The notes under the pieces are model-generated. The model was not told the DNA's origin, made no database searches, and was given only the letters and a program-made list of their open reading frames with translations. This document shows positions 1 to 7,397 of a DNA stretch of 24,000 nucleotides, in pieces. Source of the DNA: an uncultured Acidobacteriota bacterium (GTDB taxonomy: Bacteria; Acidobacteriota; Terriglobia; UBA7540); assembly GCA_963808085.1 (NCBI GenBank), contig CAWEFC010000006.1, positions 137,328 to 161,327 of the forward strand. Direction: 5' to 3'. Numbering within the stretch: position 1 is the first letter of the stretch; each line of letters starts with the position of its first letter. Made by a program: the position numbers and the translations under genes.

Positions 1-102
1 GATGAGCGTAACGGTGGCAATCACCACCCCCAAGAGAGTGAGAAATGAACGAAGCTTATGCGCCCGCAAAGCTTCCATCGCGATCCAGAAGGCTTCGCGC
101 AC
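1..102 (-). CDS. ABC transporter permease, MacB/FtsX-like (N-terminal fragment, continues off the left edge)
   Basis: Reverse-strand translation reads ...VREAFWIAMEALRAHKLRSFLTLLGVVIATVTLI into the window edge. The ALRAxKLRSFLTxLGxxI signature is typical of the first helix of MacB/FtsX-type permeases. Start is uncertain: GTG at 102, or upstream as far as about 183. Not in the ORF track because it is truncated. It is preferred over the + strand ORF 2..256. Confidence 0.45.
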   Translation of the reverse strand, partial: MREAFWIAMEALRAHKLRSFLTLLGVVIATVTLI

Positions 103-524
103 CGTTACCCAGACGCCGGAACGCGCTCGGCGGCGGGCAGCAAGCTCGCCGGGCAGGGAAGCGGTTTGGCCAAAAGACGCCAGAATTACTCCTGTTTTCG
201 ATTTTGGAATTCTGATCTGTGATGGAAGAGAAGGTGGCTGCGAAACAGTCCTGTAATCATGATCCGCATGCCGCCCACCTGAAGATACTCCCGTCCGCCA
301 CCCAATGCAACCGCGAGGTCGGGGTCGCAGCAGGTGCGGTAGCGCGGCAAAACTATAGCTTTTCGAGCGTCGCCCGCTAAGTTTAATACGATCAATCGGA
401 TAGCTTAGCCGAAGGGGTTACGATCTAATTTGATTATAATGCTCTCCCTGTAGTGTGTGTCCTGGGCACCTGTGATAGAATACCGCTTTCACGGCAACTG
501 AAGATTTGGCTCTGAGATCACGCA

Positions 525-1403
525 ATGTCATCCTTTACAACCCAGCAGGCCGATGAACCCCAGCCGCGCGTCATGGAACTGAAGCTGGCGCACAGCCCGG
601 ATTCCGACGATGCCTTCATGTTCTATGCCTTGGCAACCAAGAAGCTCCCCACCTCGAACTTGGTGTTCAAGCACGTTCTGGAGGATATCGAGTCGTTGAA
701 TCAGAAGGCAATGCAGGGCGTTTACGATATCACTGCGGCTTCCTTTCACGCTTATCCCTATCTGGCGGAACGCTACGTCCTGTTGCCGTCGGGTGCGAGT
801 TTCGGTGAGCGATATGGTCCCATCGTGGTCGCGCGGTCCAAGCCTGGACCAGAGGGCCTGCGGGGTAAGCGCATTGCCGTGCCGGGAAAGCTGACCACCG
901 CTCACTTGGTTCTGCGACTCTACGAAAGCGATTTTGAGCCTGTTTTAACTCCCTTTGACCGAATCCTCGATACGGTAACCGCAGGCAAGGCCGACGCGGG
1001 TGTGGTGATCCACGAAGGCCAATTGACCTACGCTGAGGTGGGATTAAAGAAGATTGTGGACTTAGGGGAATGGTGGCATAAGGAGACCGCTCTGCCGCTA
1101 CCGCTCGGTGCGAACCTCATCTTGCGATCCCTTGACCGCCGCACGGTGCGGGCCGTGGCAAAGTTACTGAAGCAGAGTATTCAATATGCGCTCGACCATC
1201 GCGAGGAAGCCCTGAATTACGCCCTGCAATTCGGGCGCGGTCTGGATAGTTCCACGGCGGACCGTTTCGTCGCCATGTATGTGAACGAATGGACGCTCGA
1301 TTACGGCGAGCGCGGCCGCAAGGCAGTGCAGACGCTCCTCGACCGCGGCTTCGAAAAGGGCATCCTGCCGAGCCGCGTGCAGGCGGAGTTTGTGGAGCTG
1401 TAA
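525..1403 (+). CDS. MqnA/MqnD/SBP-family protein (futalosine-route menaquinone biosynthesis family)
   Basis: 292-aa ORF. The N-terminal motif LAHSPDSDDAFMFYAL and periplasmic-binding-protein-like length are typical of the MqnA/MqnD family. The true start may be the internal ATG at 573 (MELKLAHSPD...). Confidence 0.7.
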   Translation: MSSFTTQQADEPQPRVMELKLAHSPDSDDAFMFYALATKKLPTSNLVFKHVLEDIESLNQKAMQGVYDITAASFHAYPYLAERYVLLPSGASFGERYGPIVVARSKPGPEGLRGKRIAVPGKLTTAHLVLRLYESDFEPVLTPFDRILDTVTAGKADAGVVIHEGQLTYAEVGLKKIVDLGEWWHKETALPLPLGANLILRSLDRRTVRAVAKLLKQSIQYALDHREEALNYALQFGRGLDSSTADRFVAMYVNEWTLDYGERGRKAVQTLLDRGFEKGILPSRVQAEFVEL

Positions 1404-1428
1404 GAAAGTGTGAAGTTTGAAGTGTAAA

Positions 1429-1456
1429 GGGTAGAGGCGCAATCCTGCGTCTACCC
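1429..1456 (+). other. Stem-loop 26 nt after the stop codon (GGGTAGA..TCTACCC plus inner CGC/GCG), no T-tract
   Basis: GGGTAGAGGCGCAATCCTGCGTCTACCC gives 7 bp, a 2-nt bulge and 3 more bp. It lies inside a larger set of degenerate heptamer repeats (see findings). Confidence 0.35.
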
Positions 1457-1516
1457 GTTAGCTGACGACCTTCACCCTTTGCCCTTTATTTTACCCTTTA
1501 CCCTTTTTCCTTACGA

Positions 1517-2746
1517 ATGCCAAAGACCACTCTTCGCCAACGCATCTCTTACACCTCAACGCAAAAGAAAATGCTTTTCGCGCTCGCCTGCATGGTGGGA
1601 TTGCGCATGTTGGGGTTGTTCCTGGTTCTACCCGTCTTCACTCTTTATGGACTCCAGTTCACTTCATCGAAGTTTCTGGTGGGCTTCGCTTTCGGCGCCT
1701 ACGCGCTGGTCATGGCCATCCTACAAATTCCCATGGGGAGATTGTCGGACCGCATCGGCCGCCGCAAAGTGCTGGTGATGGGGATGACGCTGTTCAGCGT
1801 GGGCTCGTTCCTGTGTGCATTGCCGCCGCTGTTCCCTCATTCCTGGCAGATTTGGGAGCTCATTTTCGGGCGGCTCGTCCAGGGCGGAGGGGCGATCATC
1901 TCCGTAGCCTTCGCCACCGTGGCCGATCACATCGAGCCCGAGCGGCGCTCCACCGCCATGGCGATGCTGGGCATCCCCATCGGCATCTCGTTCGCGGTGG
2001 GAATTATCGTCGGGCCTATCCTGGCGGGTTGGTTTGGAACGGCTTTCCTTTTCTGGATGACCGGCGTCCTGGGCCTGGGGTCGGATTTCCTTCTGGTGCG
2101 CTACCTGAAAGATGAGGTGCCTCCACAGAAGGCGCCTGCGCCCTTGGCCGAAATCTTCTCCCATCCCTCACTCGTCGCCTATGCCGGCGGCGGGTTCCTG
2201 ATCAACTTTTTCATGACCACGTTTTTCTTCCATTTTCCGCTGATCGCCACCGGCCAGCATCACCTGAGAATGACCCAGTATTACCTGCTGCTGCTGCCGA
2301 TGATGTTGATCAGCGCCGTCACCATGTTCGGCTTTTCGCAAGGCGCGGACAAGGGTTGGGCGCGCCCCCTGGCCGCCTTGGCGTACTTGATGTTCATCCC
2401 TAGTTTTCTTCTGCTTTTCGAACCGGCATGGCTGGGCCAGAATCCCAGCCGTTTGACTCCGTTACTTTTGGCGGGAACACTCTTCTACATTGGCTTCACC
2501 GGCCTTGAGCCGATCCTTCCCAGCCAGGTCAGCAAGGCCGCCCCGGGCACTGCTTATGGGACAGCGCTGGGCTTTTATAACACCGCACAATTTGTGGGGA
2601 GTGCAGTTGGAGGCCCGTTAGCCGGTTACTTGGCCAATTTCCCGCCGGACCGCACGATGTTCACCATGATGATCGCCGCCGCCATCGGGTTCCTCGTGAT
2701 GCTAGCCACCAAGCCGCCCGCTCACACCGAAGCCGCACAACCGTAA
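1517..2746 (+). CDS. MFS transporter
   Basis: 409 aa and highly hydrophobic, roughly 12 TM-like segments. Classic MFS motif A is present between TM2 and TM3 (GRLSDRIGRRKVLVMG). Confidence 0.85.
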   Translation: MPKTTLRQRISYTSTQKKMLFALACMVGLRMLGLFLVLPVFTLYGLQFTSSKFLVGFAFGAYALVMAILQIPMGRLSDRIGRRKVLVMGMTLFSVGSFLCALPPLFPHSWQIWELIFGRLVQGGGAIISVAFATVADHIEPERRSTAMAMLGIPIGISFAVGIIVGPILAGWFGTAFLFWMTGVLGLGSDFLLVRYLKDEVPPQKAPAPLAEIFSHPSLVAYAGGGFLINFFMTTFFFHFPLIATGQHHLRMTQYYLLLLPMMLISAVTMFGFSQGADKGWARPLAALAYLMFIPSFLLLFEPAWLGQNPSRLTPLLLAGTLFYIGFTGLEPILPSQVSKAAPGTAYGTALGFYNTAQFVGSAVGGPLAGYLANFPPDRTMFTMMIAAAIGFLVMLATKPPAHTEAAQP

Positions 2747-2893
2747 CCCAAGAGCGACTCCGAAATTTTCTCTCGCGACGATATCTTAAGAGGTTGTAGA
2801 CGGACGGGGCGCCCCCAATGCACAATAGAAGAACCCCAGAAAACCAGCGGCCAGTCGTCAAAGTCGGCCAAGAACAATTGAGGAGACACGCTC

Positions 2894-4294
2894 ATGCCCC
2901 TGCACCGGAAAAGCGACGTCAAACCTGAAATGGTGGACGAGATTTACGCCTCGCACGATCTTTCCGTCTGTGTGCCCAAATACAAATTCCCCAAGGGATC
3001 GCAGGACCCCCGGCACGCCTACGCCATCGTTCACGATGAGCTGATGCTCGACGGCAACTCCCGCCAGAACCTGGCCACCTTTTGTCAGACGTGGTCGGAG
3101 CCGCAAGTCGCCCAGTTGATGGCGGAGTGCATCGACAAGAACATGATCGACAAGGATGAATACCCGCAGTCGGCGGAGATCGAGGGGCGTTGCGTCCACA
3201 TGCTCGCTGACCTTTGGAATTGCCCCGAGTCCGCCTGCACCATCGGCACTTCCACCACGGGATCGAGCGAGGCTGCCATGTTGGGCGCCATGGCTCTAAA
3301 GTGGAAATGGCGCGAGAAAAGGCGGGCCCAACACCGGTCCGCGGAACGCCCCAACCTGGTGACGGGACCCGTGCAAGTGTGCTGGCACAAGTTCTGCCGC
3401 TATTGGGATGTCGAGCTTCGCGAGATCCCGCTCGACGGTGATCGTTTGCTGCTGACGCCGGAGCAGGTCGTCGAGCATTGCGACGAGAACACCATCGGGG
3501 TCGTGCCCACACTGGGTGTGACGTTCACCTGCCAGTACGAGCCGGTCAAGGAGGTCAGTGATGCGCTCGATGAACTGCAAGAAAAGCAGGGGCTCGACAT
3601 CCCCATTCACGTCGATGCGGCCAGCGGCGGCTTCCTGGCGCCTTTTATCCAGCCCGATCTGGTGTGGGATTTCCGCCTGCCGCGCGTGAAGTCCATCAAT
3701 ACCTCGGGGCACAAGTACGGACTCGCGCCGCTGGGAGTCGGCTGGGTGATCTGGCGCGAGCATTCCGACTTGCCGGATGACTTGGTGTTTGAGGTGAACT
3801 ACCTTGGCGGCAGCATGTCAACGTTCGCGCTGAATTTCTCGCGGCCTGGCGGCGAAGTGATCTGCCAGTATTACAACTTCCTGCGCCTGGGCCGCGAGGG
3901 ATACCGCGAAGTTCACCAGGCTTGTCACTCGACCGCTGTGTACCTGGCCCGGGAGATTGCCAAGCTCGGCCCGTTCAAGATCATTTACGGCGGTACGGGC
4001 GGCCTGCCCGCGGTCTGCTGGACCCTTCAGGACGGCGAGAATCCTGGCTTCACGCTCTATGATTTCGCCGACCGCCTGCGAAGCCGGGGCTGGCAGGTGC
4101 CGGCCTACTCCATGCCGCCCAACCGCAGCGACCTTGTGGTGCAGCGCATCCTCGTGCGCCATGGCTTCAGTCGAGATCTCGCCGCGCTTCTGCTCGAGGA
4201 CTTCCGGCGCACACTCGACTACTTTACCCAACACCCTGTGGCAACGCCTCTGGCGAAACACGAAGCCGGCGGACACGACCACAGTGGCCGGTAG
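2894..4294 (+). CDS. gad: Glutamate decarboxylase (PLP-dependent, GadA/GadB family)
   Basis: 466 aa. [13 protein letters not shown] and the PLP-lysine region [22 protein letters not shown] closely match the GadB signature. GAGGAG Shine-Dalgarno lies 8 nt upstream of the ATG. Confidence 0.9.
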   Translation: MPLHRKSDVKPEMVDEIYASHDLSVCVPKYKFPKGSQDPRHAYAIVHDELMLDGNSRQNLATFCQTWSEPQVAQLMAECIDKNMIDKDEYPQSAEIEGRCVHMLADLWNCPESACTIGTSTTGSSEAAMLGAMALKWKWREKRRAQHRSAERPNLVTGPVQVCWHKFCRYWDVELREIPLDGDRLLLTPEQVVEHCDENTIGVVPTLGVTFTCQYEPVKEVSDALDELQEKQGLDIPIHVDAASGGFLAPFIQPDLVWDFRLPRVKSINTSGHKYGLAPLGVGWVIWREHSDLPDDLVFEVNYLGGSMSTFALNFSRPGGEVICQYYNFLRLGREGYREVHQACHSTAVYLAREIAKLGPFKIIYGGTGGLPAVCWTLQDGENPGFTLYDFADRLRSRGWQVPAYSMPPNRSDLVVQRILVRHGFSRDLAALLLEDFRRTLDYFTQHPVATPLAKHEAGGHDHSGR

Positions 4295-4357
4295 CAAATG
4301 CTCTTTGGCAGCGCATTTCTGCCCTGCCATGTTGGGAGTTTGGGGGAGCGACGCCGA

Positions 4358-6214
4358 TCAGGCTCGAACCAACTGGTCCTCTTCCGGTGATTGTGCCACC
4401 GGGCGCGGTGGAGGAATGTAGCCCTCGGGCAAGTCTCCATTGTCAGGGCGCAGGTATTGCAAATAACGTGGCTTGAGGGAGGCGACCAGCTCGCGGCGCG
4501 TTTTGGTTTTGAGCGGCCGGCCAGGATAAATCTTTCCCACCCGCGCGAGCATTTTCTCCGAGAGCAGTCCGGAGAACATCACGAGCGGCCATTTAAAGTT
4601 CGGGCCATTCGTGCGCCGCAGCTTCAGAAGCCAGACGATGAGCGAGCCGAATTTCCACATAAGCGGCGCCCACCAAGTGTTGGAGGTCGGACCTAAATCC
4701 ATCTTCCAACACTTCATGATGATTTGCCACTGCAGCGGCGTAAGCTGCCGCGTCTCGGAAACGCCATGCTGCTTTTCCATGCGCGTGTCGTGCAGCGGGG
4801 TGAAGATGGATGGGACGAGAATGGCGAAAAGGCCACGGCGCTCGATTTCATAGAGCAAGTCGAGGGTGGCCCGCGAATCGTCGTCGGTCTCGCCGGGATT
4901 GCCCACCATCAATGTCATCACGGGGAACCAGTTGTTTTCATTGGCTACACGCAGGCCTTCCAGAATTACACTGGGCCAGTCGTCGATGGAGAACGGCACA
5001 CCCTTACTGGGCATGATCTGCTTGGCCATACGCACCGACCCGGTTTCAAATCCGATCAGCGGCGAGAGCGCGCGCTTCTCCGGGTGCGTGCTCAGGCGAA
5101 TGCGCACGGGGCTCTTGTCGAGAATCTTCGCGGAGAGTTGTTTGATCAGCAGCGGGTCGACAACAAAGGGCGCCATGGTGCTGTGGCTCAGCAGGTGGCT
5201 CTTCACGCCGGGGGTATCGACAATGTCGGTGTAGAGAGATACCAGCGCCTCGCGATTGGGAAAGAAAAACGGCGTGCCGGTCCGCACCTGGCCCCAAATA
5301 AACATGTCCTCGGTGGCCAGGGAAATCTGATTGTTACCCTCGCGGACGTTGGCGCGAACCGCCGCCATGATCTTGTCTTTGGGAACATCAAGTTGCGGAT
5401 TCAAGTCGGGCACGCAGAACTGGCATCGCCGCCCGCAGCCAGTGGTCATTTCGATGACGCCAAACGTGGTGCGCTTTTCCGGCACCAGAATGGCCTCGCG
5501 GTCCATGGGATGCGCCACGTTGACCTCGCGGGGCAGGGGTTCACCCCGGACGGCCTGGTGAAACAGGCTGACGGCGTCCACCGATTCGCTGCGTCCTTCC
5601 ACCACGCAATCCACGCTCAAACTCTCGAAGCTGTTGGTTTGGGTGATCTGCCAGCCGCCTGATCCACCCACGATGACTTTGAAATTCTGGCGGAAGGGAT
5701 TGGCCTTGATCTTCGCGAACATCATCTTGGCGTAGTGAGAATTAATGGGTTCTTTCGAAGATCCAAACATCGAGGTGTAAACACCCGCGGCGAACGTGAC
5801 GCCGAGCGGGTTATGGGTTGAGACGCCGACCGCGCGCGTTCGAGGGCCGAGGAATTTGTCGAGATCGTCGGGATAGCAAACCACGATGTCTTCAGGGCGA
5901 AATTCCCTCAGCAGGGATTTTTCCACCAGGCGCACGCCCGCCGGCATGTAACGCGCTGTACCATCGGCGTTGTGTTCCACCTTGCGCCACGTGGGGTATT
6001 TATCGTTAATGACGAATTCCATCCAGATCGGCAAAGAAGCCAGGGCCATCTGAATGAAATAGCCGGCGTGATCGATGGTCTCGGTCAGCGGAGCCGTCAG
6101 GACGATGAGCTTGCCGCCGTCCGCAGGCGGTGCGTATGGTGGAGCAACGACCCCGCCACGATGCGTGCCGTTGCCGTTCGTATGGCTGTTCCCACGGAAC
6201 AGACCTTTAAGCAT
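4358..6214 (-). CDS. Radical SAM protein with N-terminal B12-binding-like domain and extended C-terminal region
   Basis: 618 aa. The CxxxCxxC cluster motif is in TTGCGRRCQFCVPD, preceded by a Rossmann-like segment (KVIVGGSGG). Convergent with gad. Confidence 0.8.
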   Translation of the reverse strand: MLKGLFRGNSHTNGNGTHRGGVVAPPYAPPADGGKLIVLTAPLTETIDHAGYFIQMALASLPIWMEFVINDKYPTWRKVEHNADGTARYMPAGVRLVEKSLLREFRPEDIVVCYPDDLDKFLGPRTRAVGVSTHNPLGVTFAAGVYTSMFGSSKEPINSHYAKMMFAKIKANPFRQNFKVIVGGSGGWQITQTNSFESLSVDCVVEGRSESVDAVSLFHQAVRGEPLPREVNVAHPMDREAILVPEKRTTFGVIEMTTGCGRRCQFCVPDLNPQLDVPKDKIMAAVRANVREGNNQISLATEDMFIWGQVRTGTPFFFPNREALVSLYTDIVDTPGVKSHLLSHSTMAPFVVDPLLIKQLSAKILDKSPVRIRLSTHPEKRALSPLIGFETGSVRMAKQIMPSKGVPFSIDDWPSVILEGLRVANENNWFPVMTLMVGNPGETDDDSRATLDLLYEIERRGLFAILVPSIFTPLHDTRMEKQHGVSETRQLTPLQWQIIMKCWKMDLGPTSNTWWAPLMWKFGSLIVWLLKLRRTNGPNFKWPLVMFSGLLSEKMLARVGKIYPGRPLKTKTRRELVASLKPRYLQYLRPDNGDLPEGYIPPPRPVAQSPEEDQLVRA

Positions 6215-6646
6215 GCCAATGCTCCGAGTGAAGATTCGCCGAATGTAAGCTTGGCTTGTCCAGGCGCCCTGAACTCTGATCTAACGCGCTTTCAAATTCT
6301 ACCCGAAATGAATTGCTGAATCCATAACTATTGAGGGACGGGTCAGGATTTCGTCATTGTCTCGTGAAAATTCGCCTTGGGAGTCATGGCGAAAACTTGG
6401 CTATGAGCCCGATGTGAGCGGCCACGCGCGATGGAAAACCCAACTTTCTCACCATGTGAAAATTTCTCTTGCATTCCCGCTTTTTCCTATGGCGATATTG
6501 CTTTGCGTAGGAAAACGCCCGATATGGTCTATACAACATCCAATTCGCAGCTCGGTCGGCTCCGGCCAAGCGGCGGCAAAGACTGCACCCGGGCGTCACT
6601 CGAGCCCCTTCGGTAAGGTTCGACGGTCCTGACCTGCGCTCTTCCT

Positions 6647-6652
6647 CATAAT
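6647..6652 (+). promoter_or_regulatory. Candidate -10 box CATAAT placed 5-7 nt before the first Y-RNA-like module
   Basis: CATAAT at 6647-6652. Module 0 starts at G6657. No convincing -35 was found, so this is weak. Confidence 0.25.
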
Positions 6653-6656
6653 TTTT

Positions 6657-6726
6657 GACTGGGTGGCGCCGATGGCGGCTACATCGATTTGAAAACCGAC
6701 TGCCGCCGTTACTTGTTCCCCCAGTC
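6657..6726 (+). ncRNA. Y-RNA-like module 0 (short, degenerate)
   Basis: Terminal stem GACUGGG/CCCAGUC (6657-6663 with 6720-6726). The 3' strand carries the shared CUUGUUCC motif. Upper helix is GGCGGC/GCCGCC. The 5' strand has a 4-nt bulge where the other modules have a single U. Confidence 0.35.
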
Positions 6727-6732
6727 GGGTTC

Positions 6733-6821
6733 GGCCAGTGGTGAAGGTTGCGGTTACTTCGTGGCAGACCTTGTAAAAGGTGGGGTTCGAATCCCCGGTC
6801 CGCGCCACTAGTTCCCTGGCC
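6733..6821 (+). ncRNA. Y-RNA-like module 1 (Ro-binding-like stem plus GNRA hairpin plus T-arm-like hairpin)
   Basis: Stem layout: GGCCAG/CUGGCC, bulged U, GG/CC, bulged U, GA/UU, asymmetric internal loop, then GG(U)UGCGG/CCGCGCC. The apex holds ACCUU-GUAA-AAGGU (6768-6781) and GGGG-UUCGAAU-CCCC (6782-6796). Confidence 0.55.
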
Positions 6822-6827
6822 CTAATT

Positions 6828-6993
6828 TCGCCGGTGGTGAAAGGTAAGGGTTACTTCGCCGCCAACCAACAACGCGCAGAGGCGGGCGCCTCTGCCAGGG
6901 CTTGAGCTAGCCGGGACGGGAGCGTAGCTCCGATTCGCCAGGTTCCGGCGGGTGATGCCTTGAGTTGGTCCCTTGCCGCAAGTTCCCCGGCGA
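6828..6993 (+). ncRNA. Y-RNA-like module 2 (long, multi-hairpin apex)
   Basis: Stem layout: UCGCCGG/CCGGCGA, bulged U, GG/CC, bulged U, GA/UU, internal loop, then GGUAAGGG/CCCUUGCC (8 bp, one U-G). The apex contains GCAGAGGC-GGGC-GCCUCUGC and GGAGC-GUA-GCUCC. It shares the 9-mer GCGTAGCTC with the D-arm region of module 3. Confidence 0.5.
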
Positions 6994-7007
6994 GCGTTTC
7001 AGTACGT

Positions 7008-7085
7008 TTCACCGCCGAGGCGCTGAGGCGCAGAGAAGAGATCTCGCGTTTGCAAACCTCAGCGCCTTGGCGTCTCAGTGGTGAA
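7008..7085 (+). other. Long imperfect hairpin between modules 2 and 3
   Basis: UUUCACC/GGUGAAA (7 bp) encloses GCCGAGGCGCUGAGG/CCUCAGCGCCUUGGC (15 bp, one G-U). The 3' side contains another CAG-U-GG-U-GA-A motif with no matching GUUCC partner. Confidence 0.4.
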
Positions 7086-7093
7086 AAAGCAAG

Positions 7094-7230
7094 TTCGGAC
7101 GGTGGTGAAGACTTGGGTTACTTCGCCTTGTAAGCGGGTGGTGCAGGTTCGAATCCTGTCGTGGGCATAAGACGCCCGCGTAGCTCAGTGGTAGAGCACC
7201 TATACCCAGTCGCTTGTTCCCCGTCCGGAA
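7094..7230 (+). ncRNA. YrlA-like Y RNA (module 3): Ro-binding-like stem capped by a circularly permuted tRNA-like domain
   Basis: Stem layout: CGGACGG/CCGUCCG (7096-7102 with 7221-7227), bulged U, GG/CC, bulged U, GA/UU, internal loop, then UUGGGU/ACCCAG. The apex reads in this order:
- anticodon-like arm UUCGC-CUUGUAA-GCGGG
- UGGU
- T arm GCAGG-UUCGAAU-CCUGU
- CGUGGGC, loop AUAAGAC, GCCCGCG (a closed acceptor stem)
- UA
- D arm GCUC-AGUGGUA-GAGC. Confidence 0.7.
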
Positions 7231-7239
7231 GATGAATCA

Positions 7240-7360
7240 GGGGTTAGGGGTCAGGGATTAGGGGTTAGGGGCCTAGGGCTTATGGTTCGAGTGTGGCCCA
7301 GCGGTTCTCGGTAGAACGTAGTTGGTTTTCCCTAACCCCTAATCCCTGACCCCTAACCCC
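7240..7360. repeat. Perfect 31-bp inverted repeat of G-rich heptamers flanking a 59-nt loop
   Basis: GGGGTTAGGGGTCAGGGATTAGGGGTTAGGG (7240-7270) is the exact reverse complement of 7330-7360. The left arm reads as heptamers GGGGTTA GGGGTCA GGGATTA GGGGTTA. Confidence 0.9.
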
Positions 7361-7397
7361 AAACCCCGTGTCCCGTAACGAAAGGAGGCACCGCATC

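Noticed and set aside
2-256. 84-aa + strand ORF at the left edge
   Set aside because: The opposite strand encodes a recognisable MacB/FtsX permease N-terminus over the same bases. The + strand product is Arg/Ala-rich with no features.
4724-5662. 312-aa + strand ORF, with similar antisense ORFs at 13857-14483, 14502-15146, 14698-15288, 11125-11709 and 17251-17763
   Set aside because: All lie opposite genes with strong family signatures. None has a motif of its own.
6357-6632. Small ORFs (61-91 aa) in the gap between the radical SAM gene and the Y-RNA array
   Set aside because: There are no ribosome-binding sites or motifs, and the ORFs mutually overlap on both strands. The region is more likely promoter or 5' leader sequence.
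6781-7200. GGTTCGAATCC T-loop sequences (6782-6796, 7143-7159) and a GCCCGCGTAGCTCAGTGGTAGAGCA tRNA 5'-half, considered as ordinary tRNA genes or tRNA fragments
   Set aside because: No contiguous standard cloverleaf can be drawn. The pieces are in permuted order and are enclosed by Ro-binding-like stems. They are interpreted as Y-RNA/YrlA-type tRNA mimicry.
7240-7271. TTAGGG-like telomeric repeat
   Set aside because: It is only a few degenerate units inside a bacterial intergenic inverted repeat whose other arm is the exact complement. It is not a chromosome end.
7368-7397. GTG start at 7368 for the rsr-like gene, as given in the ORF track
   Set aside because: It would begin inside or adjacent to the 31-bp inverted repeat and upstream of the AAAGGAGG ribosome-binding site. 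ATG 7398 has proper spacing.
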